From: Trinickia sp.
GTDB taxonomy: Bacteria; Pseudomonadota; Gammaproteobacteria; Burkholderiales; Burkholderiaceae
Length of the DNA: 64,000 bases
NCBI GenBank assembly: GCA_036384755.1
Contig: DASVLS010000018.1
Span: forward strand, 11,764 to 75,763
Direction: 5' to 3'
The notes beneath the pieces are model-generated. The model made no database searches, was not told the origin of the DNA, and saw only the letters and a program-made list of their open reading frames with translations. A program made the translations under genes and the position numbers. Of this stretch, positions 29,822 to 39,824 are shown in pieces. The number at the start of each line of letters is the position of its first letter. Position 1 is the first letter of the stretch.

Positions 29822-31192
29822 ATGCAAGCAACGCTCATTCAACTCTCCGCTACCCGGCCCCAACGGTCGGCCGCCGCCGCCGCGGCCGCCGTTTTGCTGT
29901 GCGCCGCCATGCTGGTCTGGCCGTATGCGACGGTGCAAGGCACCGCCGCCCCGTCGTTCATGCCCATCTTCGTCACCTCGGCGACGCTCGCCGAGGGGCT
30001 AACCGCTTATTTGCTGTGGACGCAGTATCGCGTCTGGGGCCGATTCATATTCGCCGTGCTGGCAAGCGGCTATGCGTTCGCGAGCGTGACCGCCGCCGCC
30101 CACTTGGCCGTCTATCCGGGTGTGTTCTCCCCCACCGGCTTGTTCGGCGCGGGCGACCAAACGTCGATATGGCTGTGGCTGCTCTGGCGCGTCGCATTTG
30201 CGCTGTTCGTCACCGCATCGTTGGCGACGAGATCGCGCGCGCCAATCGGAAGCCACGAAGGCCGCAATCGGCGTGGCGCGCTGACGATTTGGGGTTCGGT
30301 CGGGCTCTCCATCGTATTGTGCGCGGCGGCGGTCGCCGCGCGTGGCGTCCTGCCCAACCTCGTTTCCGACGGCGGGGCCTATCGGCATTTGACGGCCGGC
30401 CCCGTTGCCCTCTCGGTCTCGGCCATCGGTCTCGCCGCGCTCGGCATCTATGTTTCCGTGACGAGATTGCGCACGCTGATGGACCTCTGGCTGGCAATCG
30501 CGCTTCTTGCCGGCGTCATCGATGTCACGCTCACGCTAGGCTCCGGCGCGCGGTACAGCGTGGGCTGGTACGCGGCGCGCATCGCATCGATGATCTCGGC
30601 CAATGCCGTGCTCGGCATGCTCATGTCGGAAACGAGCCGCACCTACCGGCAACTTGCCGACGCCCATCGCTCGCTCCAAGCGGTATCGGTACGCGACGGC
30701 TTGACCGGCGTCTTCAATCGCGCCTACTTCGACGAGCGCTACCCCCGCGAACTCGCGCTCGCACGGGCGGCCGGGTATCCCCTTTCGCTACTGATCGTCG
30801 ATGTCGATCACTTCAAGGACTACAACGACGCGTTCGGACATTTGGCCGGCGACGAATGCCTTCGACGGATCGCGCGCACGCTCGGTGCGGCCTTGACGCG
30901 CCAAACCGATTTCATCGCCCGGTATGGCGGCGAGGAGTTCGTCGTCGTGCTCCCCGCATGCGACCCGCGCGTCGGTGCGATCACCGCCGAACGCTTGAGG
31001 CAAGCGGTTGCCGATATGAAGCTGCCCGGCCCGTCGGAGCGCACGCCGTACGTGACGATTTCGATCGGTCACGCTTCGAGCCGATCGCACGCCGAGCCCG
31101 ACTGCGCGACGCTGCTGGCGGGCGCCGACGCAGCGCTCTACGCGGCCAAGGCATTCGGGCGAAACCGCGTCGAGCACGAACAAGTGGGCTAA
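29822..31192 (+). CDS. Membrane-sensor (MASE4-like) diguanylate cyclase
   Basis: About 8 hydrophobic segments with YPGVFSPTGL and RYSVGWY motifs; DGLTG, DVDHFK, I-site RQTD and RYGGEEF. Confidence 0.9.
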   Translation: MQATLIQLSATRPQRSAAAAAAAVLLCAAMLVWPYATVQGTAAPSFMPIFVTSATLAEGLTAYLLWTQYRVWGRFIFAVLASGYAFASVTAAAHLAVYPGVFSPTGLFGAGDQTSIWLWLLWRVAFALFVTASLATRSRAPIGSHEGRNRRGALTIWGSVGLSIVLCAAAVAARGVLPNLVSDGGAYRHLTAGPVALSVSAIGLAALGIYVSVTRLRTLMDLWLAIALLAGVIDVTLTLGSGARYSVGWYAARIASMISANAVLGMLMSETSRTYRQLADAHRSLQAVSVRDGLTGVFNRAYFDERYPRELALARAAGYPLSLLIVDVDHFKDYNDAFGHLAGDECLRRIARTLGAALTRQTDFIARYGGEEFVVVLPACDPRVGAITAERLRQAVADMKLPGPSERTPYVTISIGHASSRSHAEPDCATLLAGADAALYAAKAFGRNRVEHEQVG

Positions 31193-31360
31193 GGCGGGCG
31201 CGCCCCGGTTAAATCGCGCCGAACGCCGGTCGCGGCCTTCATGGACCGCTCGCGGCCGCCTTCAGGCTCGCCCATCTGCTCGATGCTGCGCGCAGCCGGA
31301 AACTCACGGGCGTCGGCCTAAAAGACGATAGCGTCGGGAATGGGGCTGTGCTGCCCCCCG

Positions 31361-31843
31361 CTAGCGGGCCGGGTCAGCCCGATAAGCGTCGAGCGCCTTT
31401 CTCGCCTGAGCGCGAACGGCACGTTGCACGAGCGGCGTCCAACCGAGCAGAAGCCCTTTCAGCCCGAGCGCTTGACGCGCCCATCGCCATAGATCGAACG
31501 AGTCCCGATGTTCGGCGATCAGCCCATCGCGGAAGACGAACCGCGCGCTGATCCGGTTCACCACAGTGCGGCCGGTTTGACTGAATACGTAAGTCGCGGT
31601 CCAAAATGCGCGGCCCGCATGATCGTCGGCCTCGACATCGGAAAACGTCAGCGAAAAATCCTGCGCGCGCCGCGTGAGCATGCGCCACATATCGCTCGCT
31701 GCAAGCCCAATCAGTTCGCCGAAGGCGGGATCGGCAAACACGACGTCGTCGGCATAGCATCGCGTCATCGCCTCGGCATCGAGTTGCTGAAACGCCTCGT
31801 AGAAACGGACCACGAGGTTCGCATTCGGATGGCGGTCGTCCAT
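31361..31843 (-). CDS. SnoaL/NTF2-like family protein
   Basis: FYEAFQQLDAEAM, DVVFADPAF, WTATYVFSQTGRTVVN and EHRDSFD motifs. Confidence 0.88.
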   Translation of the reverse strand: MDDRHPNANLVVRFYEAFQQLDAEAMTRCYADDVVFADPAFGELIGLAASDMWRMLTRRAQDFSLTFSDVEADDHAGRAFWTATYVFSQTGRTVVNRISARFVFRDGLIAEHRDSFDLWRWARQALGLKGLLLGWTPLVQRAVRAQARKALDAYRADPAR

Positions 31844-32142
31844 AAGGTGCGGTTATTGTTTAGTTTGGAGAGGGGCGATCGGATCGATGGGTGCAACGCA
31901 TCCGTCGCGTTCGGTCCAATCGCCTATCCGGCTGCCGAACTCGACGATACTACGCGCACTTCGACGCGATCGGGCGATTCTTGCAAGCGCATAGACGCTC
32001 TATTCCCATTCCGTCGTTTTCTTTTCGCCGCATCGAACGCACTCGCAGACAAGAGCGAGATCGATGCCGGCGTCGCTATGGGACGACCTTGAAGCTCCGC
32101 ACGGCGCCGTGGGAACGCCGAGCCGACGCGTGCCGGCGCGGC

Positions 32143-34701
32143 TTACTGGTTGGGCAGCGCATAGGCGACGACGTAATCGCCGAGCTTGGTCCCGAACGAA
32201 CCGTGTCCGCCCGCGGCGATCACCACATACTGGCGACCGTTCACGGAATAAGTCATCGGCGTGGCCTGACCGCCGGCGGGCAAACGAGCGCGCCATAGTT
32301 CCTTGCCGTTGGCGACGTCGAACCCGCGAATGTAGTCGTCGGCCGTCGCGCCAATGAACGCGACGCCGCCCGCCGTCACGATCGGGCCGCCCAGCATCGG
32401 CATGCCGAGCTTGAACGGCAAAGGAATGGGCGAGCTGTCGCGCGTGGTGCCGATACGCTTCTTCCAGACGATCTGGTTCGTCTTCAAGTCGATCGCGGAC
32501 AGGTACCCCCATGCGGGCTGCTTGCATGGCAGGCCGAACGGCGAGAGGAACGGATTGAGCGTCACGCCGAAAGGCACACCATATTGCGGCTGCACCCCTG
32601 CTTCCGTGCCGCTGCCTTTCGCGCCGGCTATCGGCTCCATCGGATTGCCAGGGCCTCGCGGGATGAGCCGCGAAACGAACGGCAAAGCGATCGGATTGGC
32701 GATGGCGATTTGACGGTCGGTATCGACCGCGATGCCGCCCCACTCGAACATGCCCAGGTTGCCCGGAAACACGAGCGTGCCCTGAAGCGACGGCGGCGTG
32801 TAGATGCCGTCGTAGCGCAGCCGATGAAACATGACGCGGCAGACGAGCTGATCGTACATCGTCGCGCCCCACATATCCGCGCCGGAAAGATTGCGGTCCG
32901 GTCGGAACGTCAACGCCGAGAACGGCTGAGTCGCCGAGAGTCGATCGCCGGGCGCGGCGCCCTGCGGCACCGCTCGCTCGGGCGCGGGCACGACGGGCTT
33001 GCCCGTGCGCCGGTCGAGCACGTAGAGGTTGCCCGTCTTCGCCGGTGCGTAGACGACCGGGATCGTCTTGCCGCCCCGGCCGGTGATGTCGGCGACCGTC
33101 GGTTGCGAGGGTTGATCCATGTCCCAAAGGTCATGGTGCGTGCTCTGATAGAACCATGCGAGCTTGCCCGTCGATGCATGCAGCGCCAGCAAGCCGCTGG
33201 CATAGCGCTCTTGCAGCGGCGTGCGGTTGCCTCCCCAGATGTCAGGGGTCGACACGCCCATCGGCAAATAGACCATGTCGAGCTTCGGATCGTAAGCGGC
33301 CGGCGCCCACGAGTTCGGCGAGTTCCAACTGTAGTGCTGTCCTGGGCCAGGCATGGCGTTCGGGTCCTGCGCGCCCGGATCGAAAATCCAAAGCAGTTTG
33401 CCGGTACGCACATCGAAGCCGCGGATCACGCCCGAAGGCTCGCGCGTCGAGAAGTTGTCCTCCACCGAACCGGCCACGACGATGACCTTGCTCGTGACGA
33501 CCGGCGGCGAAGTCGGCTCGTACATGCCCGGTGTGGTCACCGGCTCGTTGTGCTGGAGATCGAGGTCGCCGTTGTCGGCGAAATCGGCGCAACGCTGGCC
33601 CGTTTGTGCATCGAGGGCGTAAAGATGGCCGTCGTTGACGGGCAGCAGAACGCGGCGCGCGCAAGCTGCCGGTGCCGGTGCCGGTGCCGATGTGGAAGCT
33701 AGGTCCGAAGCCGCGGCAGCATTCGAAGCCGAAGCCGAAGCCGAAGCCGAAGCCGGGGCGGAAGCGGCATCCGGCGCGAGGTTCGAAGCTAAAGCCGCAT
33801 CGGAAGCCGCACCGGCATTCGAAGCCGCACCGGCTGCCGGAGCCGATGTCGCCGCATTCGATGCTTCATCTGCCGCCGCCGAGAGATCCACGTATGAAAC
33901 GCCCCGGCAAGTCACGTGCTGAAACGACGGATCGGCCCTCAGCTTGGGATCGAACTTCCACTTCAACTTGCCTGTCTGCGCATCGAGCGCGAACAGAATC
34001 TGGTGCGGCGAGCAAAGATATAGCAAGTTGCCGATCTTCAGCGGCGTGACTTCGTTCGTGATTTCGACGGGATCGTTAGGCCCCTTCATGTCGCCTGTTC
34101 GGAACGTCCATGCCACCTGCAAGTTCTTGACGTTCTCCGGCGTGATCTGCGCGAGCGGCGAGTAGCGCGTGCCTTGCTGGGTGCGGCCGTAGGCGGGCCA
34201 ATCCACAGCGTCGGCGTCGCTTGCCGCAGCCGCCCCGGTCTGCGCGCTCAACGTGCCGTTGATCGTTTGCGGATCGTTGAACACCGCGTAGGCGAGTACG
34301 ACACCCCAAATCGCGAGCGCCCCCAGCAATGCGCCGACGGCCAAACCGCGCGGCGGAATCAACGAGGGGCTGACGACGAGCAGCAGCCATAGGCCGAAGA
34401 CGACGAGCACGTCCGAGCGCGGCACGAGCGCCCAGAAGTCCGTGCCCGATTCCCAGATCCCCCACCCGGCCGTGCCGATCAGCACGAGCGCGTAGAGCAG
34501 GAAGGCGGCCGGATGCCGCCGCCCAATGAGCCAAGCGACGACGAGCAGCACGAGACCGGTTGCGGCGTAGTATGGCGATCCGCCGATTGCGAGCAACCAT
34601 GCGCCGCCGACTAGCAGATAAATGGCGGTGAGCCCGCAAAAGGCCACGGACAGCGCGTTGACGACACGCATCGGACTGGATGGGGTGGACAGGGTGGTCA
34701 C
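32143..34701 (-). CDS. gcd: Membrane-bound PQQ-dependent glucose (quinate/shikimate) dehydrogenase
   Basis: Five N-terminal TMs; WPAYGRTQ, EITNEVTP, FQHVTCRGVSY, HHDLWDMD and GGHGSFGTKLGDY motifs; GAGGGAG RBS before GTG at 34699-34701. Confidence 0.93.
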   Translation of the reverse strand: MTTLSTPSSPMRVVNALSVAFCGLTAIYLLVGGAWLLAIGGSPYYAATGLVLLVVAWLIGRRHPAAFLLYALVLIGTAGWGIWESGTDFWALVPRSDVLVVFGLWLLLVVSPSLIPPRGLAVGALLGALAIWGVVLAYAVFNDPQTINGTLSAQTGAAAASDADAVDWPAYGRTQQGTRYSPLAQITPENVKNLQVAWTFRTGDMKGPNDPVEITNEVTPLKIGNLLYLCSPHQILFALDAQTGKLKWKFDPKLRADPSFQHVTCRGVSYVDLSAAADEASNAATSAPAAGAASNAGAASDAALASNLAPDAASAPASASASASASNAAAASDLASTSAPAPAPAACARRVLLPVNDGHLYALDAQTGQRCADFADNGDLDLQHNEPVTTPGMYEPTSPPVVTSKVIVVAGSVEDNFSTREPSGVIRGFDVRTGKLLWIFDPGAQDPNAMPGPGQHYSWNSPNSWAPAAYDPKLDMVYLPMGVSTPDIWGGNRTPLQERYASGLLALHASTGKLAWFYQSTHHDLWDMDQPSQPTVADITGRGGKTIPVVYAPAKTGNLYVLDRRTGKPVVPAPERAVPQGAAPGDRLSATQPFSALTFRPDRNLSGADMWGATMYDQLVCRVMFHRLRYDGIYTPPSLQGTLVFPGNLGMFEWGGIAVDTDRQIAIANPIALPFVSRLIPRGPGNPMEPIAGAKGSGTEAGVQPQYGVPFGVTLNPFLSPFGLPCKQPAWGYLSAIDLKTNQIVWKKRIGTTRDSSPIPLPFKLGMPMLGGPIVTAGGVAFIGATADDYIRGFDVANGKELWRARLPAGGQATPMTYSVNGRQYVVIAAGGHGSFGTKLGDYVVAYALPNQ
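33668..33754. repeat. In-frame hexamer tandem repeats in the gcd Ala/Ser-rich insert
   Basis: (gccggt)x3 at 33668-33685 and (gaagcc)x5 at 33725-33754. Confidence 0.85.
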
Positions 34702-34973
34702 GACCGCTCCCTCGGTGACGGGTTGAATAGCGGCGCGCACCGCTGTGCCGCATTTCGCGCCGGATCAACGACCCCTGGACGCAAAAAGTGTTCCCAACCT
34801 ACTATCGGCCGCTGGATTCACGGATCATGCACAGCGCGTCCTCGACGTGACGCGGCCGCCGATGAACGAGCGCAACGCCCGTACCCGGGGAAGAGCAGTA
34901 CCGGATTGCCTTTCAGCCGTGCTGCGTGCTGCGTGAGTAAGTGAGTGAGCGAGCGACAAACGCACCTCGATGT

Positions 34974-36371
34974 CTATCGCCCGCTCGTCGCCGCCTGATT
35001 CACGGCCGATGCCATCGCCGGCGTCTCCTTGATCCGGCGGAAAATCAGCGCGGAGCCGAGCGTGATGGCGCCCACGCAAACGAAGCTCATCCGGAAGCCT
35101 AAAATGGTCGCCGCCGATTGATCGGAGAACAGCTTGACGAGCGCGCCGCCGATCGACACGCCCAAGCCCATCGCCAGCATCTGCACCATCGAGAACAAGC
35201 TGTTTCCGCCCCCTGCGTCCTCGTGCGACAAGCCTTTGAGCGTGACGCTGTTCATCGCCGCGAACTGCATCGAATTGGCCGCCCCGAAGATCGCGAGGAC
35301 GACACCCTCGACGAGAATCGGCGTGCCCCTCGAGATCGACGCGAACGCCACGATCGATCCGCCGACGACGAGCGTGTTGACCAGCAAGAACGTGTCGTAA
35401 CCGTAGCGCCGAACCAGCGGCGCGATCCATTGCTTCGCGACTGCGCCCGCAAGCGCGGCCGGCAACATCATCAAACCCGATTGCAACGGCGTATAGCCGA
35501 GCTGAAGCTGCATCAGCAGCGGCACGAGAAAAGGCACCGCGCTCGAGCCGATGCGGCAGACGAGATTGCCGGTCAATCCAACACTGAAATTGGGCTCGCT
35601 GAAAAGCGACAGTTTGAACAACGGATCGCGCCGCCGACGCGCGTGCGGCAAGTAAGCGAGCGCGGCGACGAGGCCCAGCACGAAAAGCGCCATCGCCCAC
35701 GCGCCGCGATGCGATTCGAACGGCACGTCGACCGCGAGCGAAAACGCGATCATGCACAACGACAAAAGCGAGCAACCGGCTAAATCGAACGGCGGCGCGG
35801 CGGCGCCGGCCGCTTGCGGCAAATAGCGCTGAACCGCTGCCAGCCCGACCGCACCGATCGGCACGTTGATCAAGAAGATCCAATGCCAGGAGACCGCCTC
35901 GACGAACCAGCCGCCGAGCGTCGGCCCGACGATCGGCCCCACCTGACCCGCAATCGAAATCATCGCGAGCGCCGACACGTACTGCTCGCCGCGCACGCTT
36001 CTCAATACCGCGAGCCGCCCGATCGGCAGCAGCATCGAACCGCCCACGCCCTGCAACACGCGAGCGACCACGAGTTCGGTGAGCGTATGCGCGCTCGCGC
36101 AACACAGCGAGCCCAGCACGAAAATCAAAATGGCGGAAAAGTAGACGCGACGCGTGCCGAAGCGATCGGCCAGCCAGCCGGAGGCCGGCGTCAACATGGC
36201 CATCGTCAGCGTGTAAGCGACGATGGCCGACTGCATCGCCAACGGTTTCACGCCGAGGCTATGGGCGATCGAAGGCAGCGCGGTATTGACGATCGTCGTA
36301 TCGAGCGCCTGCATGAAAAAGCCCGCGGCGACGATCCAAAGCAGCGCTGTGTGGGACGAATCCTTGTTCAT
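34974..36371 (-). CDS. DHA2-family MFS efflux transporter (MdtD/HsrA-like)
   Basis: FMQALDTTIVNTALP, GWLADRFGTRR, RVLQGVGG and WIFLINVPIG motifs. Confidence 0.93.
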   Translation of the reverse strand: MNKDSSHTALLWIVAAGFFMQALDTTIVNTALPSIAHSLGVKPLAMQSAIVAYTLTMAMLTPASGWLADRFGTRRVYFSAILIFVLGSLCCASAHTLTELVVARVLQGVGGSMLLPIGRLAVLRSVRGEQYVSALAMISIAGQVGPIVGPTLGGWFVEAVSWHWIFLINVPIGAVGLAAVQRYLPQAAGAAAPPFDLAGCSLLSLCMIAFSLAVDVPFESHRGAWAMALFVLGLVAALAYLPHARRRRDPLFKLSLFSEPNFSVGLTGNLVCRIGSSAVPFLVPLLMQLQLGYTPLQSGLMMLPAALAGAVAKQWIAPLVRRYGYDTFLLVNTLVVGGSIVAFASISRGTPILVEGVVLAIFGAANSMQFAAMNSVTLKGLSHEDAGGGNSLFSMVQMLAMGLGVSIGGALVKLFSDQSAATILGFRMSFVCVGAITLGSALIFRRIKETPAMASAVNQAATSGR

Positions 36372-36481
36372 ACGAAGCGCTCGAGTGCGCCGGCACGAAG
36401 CGCGGGCGCAATAACCGGAAACCTAATCCACGCATCATATTGGAAGCGGTTTCTATCGAGAACCCCGCTAGCGACATTGAC

Positions 36482-36504
36482 TGTCATCGGCATTGCCGAT
36501 AACA
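36482..36504. promoter_or_regulatory. LysR-type palindromic operator in the MFS/LysR divergent gap
   Basis: Perfect ATCGGCA-T-TGCCGAT at 36486-36500 (T-N11-A), flanked by TGT/ACA, just before the LysR ATG. Confidence 0.7.
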
Positions 36505-36511
36505 ATGCGCC

Positions 36512-37372
36512 ATGCTCAATCCCATCTGGTTAAACACGTTCGTGACCGTCACGGCGTGCCACAGCTTCACCGAGGCGGCGCGCCGGTTAGGACTGACGCA
36601 ATCGAGCGTCAGCGAACATATTCGCCGTCTCGAAGCGGCGGTCGGAAGACGCCTACTCGTGCGCGATACGCACTCGGTGGCGATGACGGCCGACGGCGAG
36701 GCGATGCTCGTGCATGCCGGCGTGATCCTGCAGGCCATGAACCGCGCTCAGTCGCAGTTTCGCGGGCCGCGCTTGAAGGGCCGCGTGCGTCTGGGGTCGT
36801 CCGACGACATCGCACTGGGTCCGTTGCCGACCGTCCTGGCGGCGTTTCGGAACGCGCATCCCGACGTCGAACTCGAAATCACGATCGGCATGACGGGCAG
36901 GCTCTACGAGTTGCTCGACGCCGGCTCGATCGATCTGCTGATCGGCAAACGGCGGCTCGGCGACAAGCGCGGCGTGCCGCTTTTCACGGGGCGGCTCGAA
37001 TGGATCGCCCGCACGGGCACGCGCGTCGATCTCGATCAGCCGCTGCCGCTCATTCTCGTCGCCGAGCCCAGCGTGACGCGGGCCGTCGTGCTCGACACGC
37101 TCGCGCAGACGGACTTTCGCTGGCAGGTCGTCTGCACGAGCAGCAGTCATTCGGGCTGTGTCGCCGCGGCGCGCGGCGGCCTCGGCATTACCGTTCGGGC
37201 GCAGTACCTATCGGCACGCGGGCTATCGCAACCGGTCAACGCTGCAAGCCTGCCCCCGCTGCCCGACGTCGAATTCATCGCGCTCGCGGGCAAGCGGCTC
37301 AGCCGTCCAGCGGGAACGCTGCTGCAACTGCTGTACGACAGCGATCTGCGCGGATCGTGGATCGGGGAGTAA
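36512..37372 (+). CDS. LysR-family regulator
   Basis: SFTEAARRLGLTQSSVSEHIRRLE HTH; divergent from the MFS gene. Confidence 0.93.
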   Translation: MLNPIWLNTFVTVTACHSFTEAARRLGLTQSSVSEHIRRLEAAVGRRLLVRDTHSVAMTADGEAMLVHAGVILQAMNRAQSQFRGPRLKGRVRLGSSDDIALGPLPTVLAAFRNAHPDVELEITIGMTGRLYELLDAGSIDLLIGKRRLGDKRGVPLFTGRLEWIARTGTRVDLDQPLPLILVAEPSVTRAVVLDTLAQTDFRWQVVCTSSSHSGCVAAARGGLGITVRAQYLSARGLSQPVNAASLPPLPDVEFIALAGKRLSRPAGTLLQLLYDSDLRGSWIGE

Positions 37373-37463
37373 CGCACCTTCGTGCCGCGTCGGCAACTTC
37401 GGCAACTTCGAAAGCATCCGCGACGCAACGAACGAAAGTGCCGTGCAAGCCCGCACGCCTGGG

Positions 37464-38714
37464 TCAGTTCGATGCAGGCGGCGTCAGGTATGGGTTATCG
37501 ACGCCGGGCTCGTAGCGCCGCTCGCCGATTTCCATCCTCGCGATGCTTTGCAGATGGACCTCGTCCGGGCCGTCTGCGAATCGCAACGCACGCCCCCACG
37601 TCCAGTGATCGGCCAGCGGCGTATCGGGGCTCAGCCCCATCGCGCCGAATACCTGCATCGCGCGATCGCAAACGGCCGTGTGCACGCTTGGCACGAGCGC
37701 CTTGATCATCGAGATTTCCTTGCGCGCCGCTTTCGCACCGACGTTGTCGATCATCCATGCGGCCTTCAACACCAAGAGCCGCGCTTGATCGATCTCGATC
37801 CGAGACTTGGCGATCCATTCGCCGATCGTCCCGTGCTCCTGCAGCTTTTTGCCGAATGCGGTGCGCGCTTGCGCGCGCTCGACCATCAACTCGAGCGCCA
37901 ATTCGGCCGCACCGATCGAGCGCATGCAGTGATGAATCCGCCCCGGCCCGAGCCGGGCTTGCGCGAGTGCGAAGCCGCCGCCCTCTTCGCCGAGAAGATT
38001 CGCCTGCGGCACGCGCACGCCCTTGAATTCGATTTCGCAGTGGCCTTCGGGCGCCACGTGATTGACGACGGTGATGTTGCGGACCACCTCGACGCCGGGC
38101 GTGTCCCGCGGCACGAGAATCATGCTTTGCTGCCGGTGACTCGGCGCGTCCGGGTTCGTCTTCCCCATCACGATGAAGAGCTTGCAATTGGGATGTGCGG
38201 CGTTCGTGATGAACCACTTTCTCCCATCGATGACGTAGTCGTCGCCGTCGCGACGAATCGACGTCGTGATGTTCGTCGCGTCCGACGAGGCAACCGCAGG
38301 CTCGGTCATCGCGAATGCGGAGCGAATCTCCCCGTAGAGGAGCGGCTCGAGCCAGGTTTTGCGCTGGCCGGGTGTGGCAAACATATGAAGCAGTTCCATG
38401 TTGCCCGTGTCCGGCGCGTTGCAATTGAACACTTCCGGCGCCCAGGCCACGCGGCCCATGATTTCCGCGAGCGGCGCGTACTCGAGATTCGTCAAACGCG
38501 TGCCGGGCTCGTCGTCGCGAAGGTGAGGAAGAAAGAGATTCCACAAGCCCTCGTCGCGCGCACGCGCCTTGAGCGCCTCCATGAAGGAAACGGGGTATTG
38601 GCCCGCGCCCACCTCTTCGTTCCATTGGCGAATACGCGGCACGATATGCGCGTCCATGAACGCACGCACCTGCACGCGCAATGCTTCAACCTTGGGGCTA
38701 TATGCGAAGTCCAT
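37464..38714 (-). CDS. Acyl-CoA dehydrogenase, ACAD10/11 (LvaC/FadE2-like) subfamily
   Basis: MDFAYSPK start; FNCNAPDTGNMELL, AFAMTEPAVASSDA, QARLGPGRIHHCMR and ADGPDEVH motifs. Confidence 0.92.
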   Translation of the reverse strand: MDFAYSPKVEALRVQVRAFMDAHIVPRIRQWNEEVGAGQYPVSFMEALKARARDEGLWNLFLPHLRDDEPGTRLTNLEYAPLAEIMGRVAWAPEVFNCNAPDTGNMELLHMFATPGQRKTWLEPLLYGEIRSAFAMTEPAVASSDATNITTSIRRDGDDYVIDGRKWFITNAAHPNCKLFIVMGKTNPDAPSHRQQSMILVPRDTPGVEVVRNITVVNHVAPEGHCEIEFKGVRVPQANLLGEEGGGFALAQARLGPGRIHHCMRSIGAAELALELMVERAQARTAFGKKLQEHGTIGEWIAKSRIEIDQARLLVLKAAWMIDNVGAKAARKEISMIKALVPSVHTAVCDRAMQVFGAMGLSPDTPLADHWTWGRALRFADGPDEVHLQSIARMEIGERRYEPGVDNPYLTPPASN

Positions 38715-38783
38715 CGTGCTCTCCGTCGATTCGATTCGATGTCGCCGGCGCTGGCCGCCGCCCGCGTGCGTGGCCACGCCTAA

Positions 38784-39800
38784 TCAAGTCAGCGCAACGC
38801 CCATTCTCGCCAGTGCGTCGACCATGCTTCCCACTTGATCTGCGCTAGCATTGGACGCATTACCGCCTAGTGCGCGCTTTTTCACGCCTTGAGCGATCGA
38901 TGCAAGCCGAAAGAAGCTGAACGCCAAGTAAAAATTCCAGTTCTCGATAGCCGGAATGCCGCGCAGCGAGCAATAGCGATCGACGACCGCCGCTTCGTCG
39001 GGTACGCCGATGCCGCGTCGGTCCAGACCCTCCAGCCCTGCGATGCGGCCGTGCGGAGGAAGCCGCAAACACATGCAGAAATAGGCGATGTCCGCGAGCG
39101 GATTGCCTAGCGTCGACAACTCCCAATCGAGCACGGCGCGAACGCGCGGAGCGTCCGGCATGAAGATGAGGTTGTCGATGCGGAAATCTCCGTGCACGAG
39201 CGAGGGCCTGCCGTGCTCGTCCGGACAACGTGTGGGCAACCAGGCGATCAGCGCTTCCATTGCATCCAATCGATCGGTCTGCGCCGCGCGGTATTGCCGC
39301 GTCCATACGTCGATCTGCCGTGCAAAATAGTTGCCCGGTTTTCCATAGTCCGACAACCCGGCCGCGTCGATGTCGACATCGTGCAACGCCGCCATCGTGC
39401 CGACGATGGCGGCGTAGATCGCGCCGCGTTGCTCGGTCGGCACTTCCGGAAGCGCCGGATTCCAGAAAATCCGTCCCGCTTCGTAGCTCATCACATAGAA
39501 CATGCTGCCGATGACGGCGGTGTCAGTGCAAAGATGGTAGGCACGGGCGACCGGCACGTTCGTCCCGGCGAGCGCAGACAGCACGCGAAATTCGCGATCG
39601 ACGGCATGAGCGGATTTGAGGAGCACGCCCGGCGGCTGACGCCGCAACACATAGTTGCCGCTGCGCGCTTTCAGCCAATACGTCGGATTCGATTGGCCGC
39701 CTGCGAATTTGTCGACGGTCATGGGCCCCTCGAAACCGCTGACGTGCGCCGCCAAGTAGCGTGTCAGACCTTCGATGTCGAATTGAAAACTAGCGTTCAT
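38784..39800 (-). CDS. APH-family phosphotransferase (ACAD10/11 kinase-domain-like)
   Basis: FAGGQSNPTY, SAHAVDRE, HGDFRIDN and VLDWELSTLG motifs. Confidence 0.92.
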   Translation of the reverse strand: MNASFQFDIEGLTRYLAAHVSGFEGPMTVDKFAGGQSNPTYWLKARSGNYVLRRQPPGVLLKSAHAVDREFRVLSALAGTNVPVARAYHLCTDTAVIGSMFYVMSYEAGRIFWNPALPEVPTEQRGAIYAAIVGTMAALHDVDIDAAGLSDYGKPGNYFARQIDVWTRQYRAAQTDRLDAMEALIAWLPTRCPDEHGRPSLVHGDFRIDNLIFMPDAPRVRAVLDWELSTLGNPLADIAYFCMCLRLPPHGRIAGLEGLDRRGIGVPDEAAVVDRYCSLRGIPAIENWNFYLAFSFFRLASIAQGVKKRALGGNASNASADQVGSMVDALARMGVALT

Positions 39801-39824
39801 GACGTCGCGAGCATCCGATCGAGT

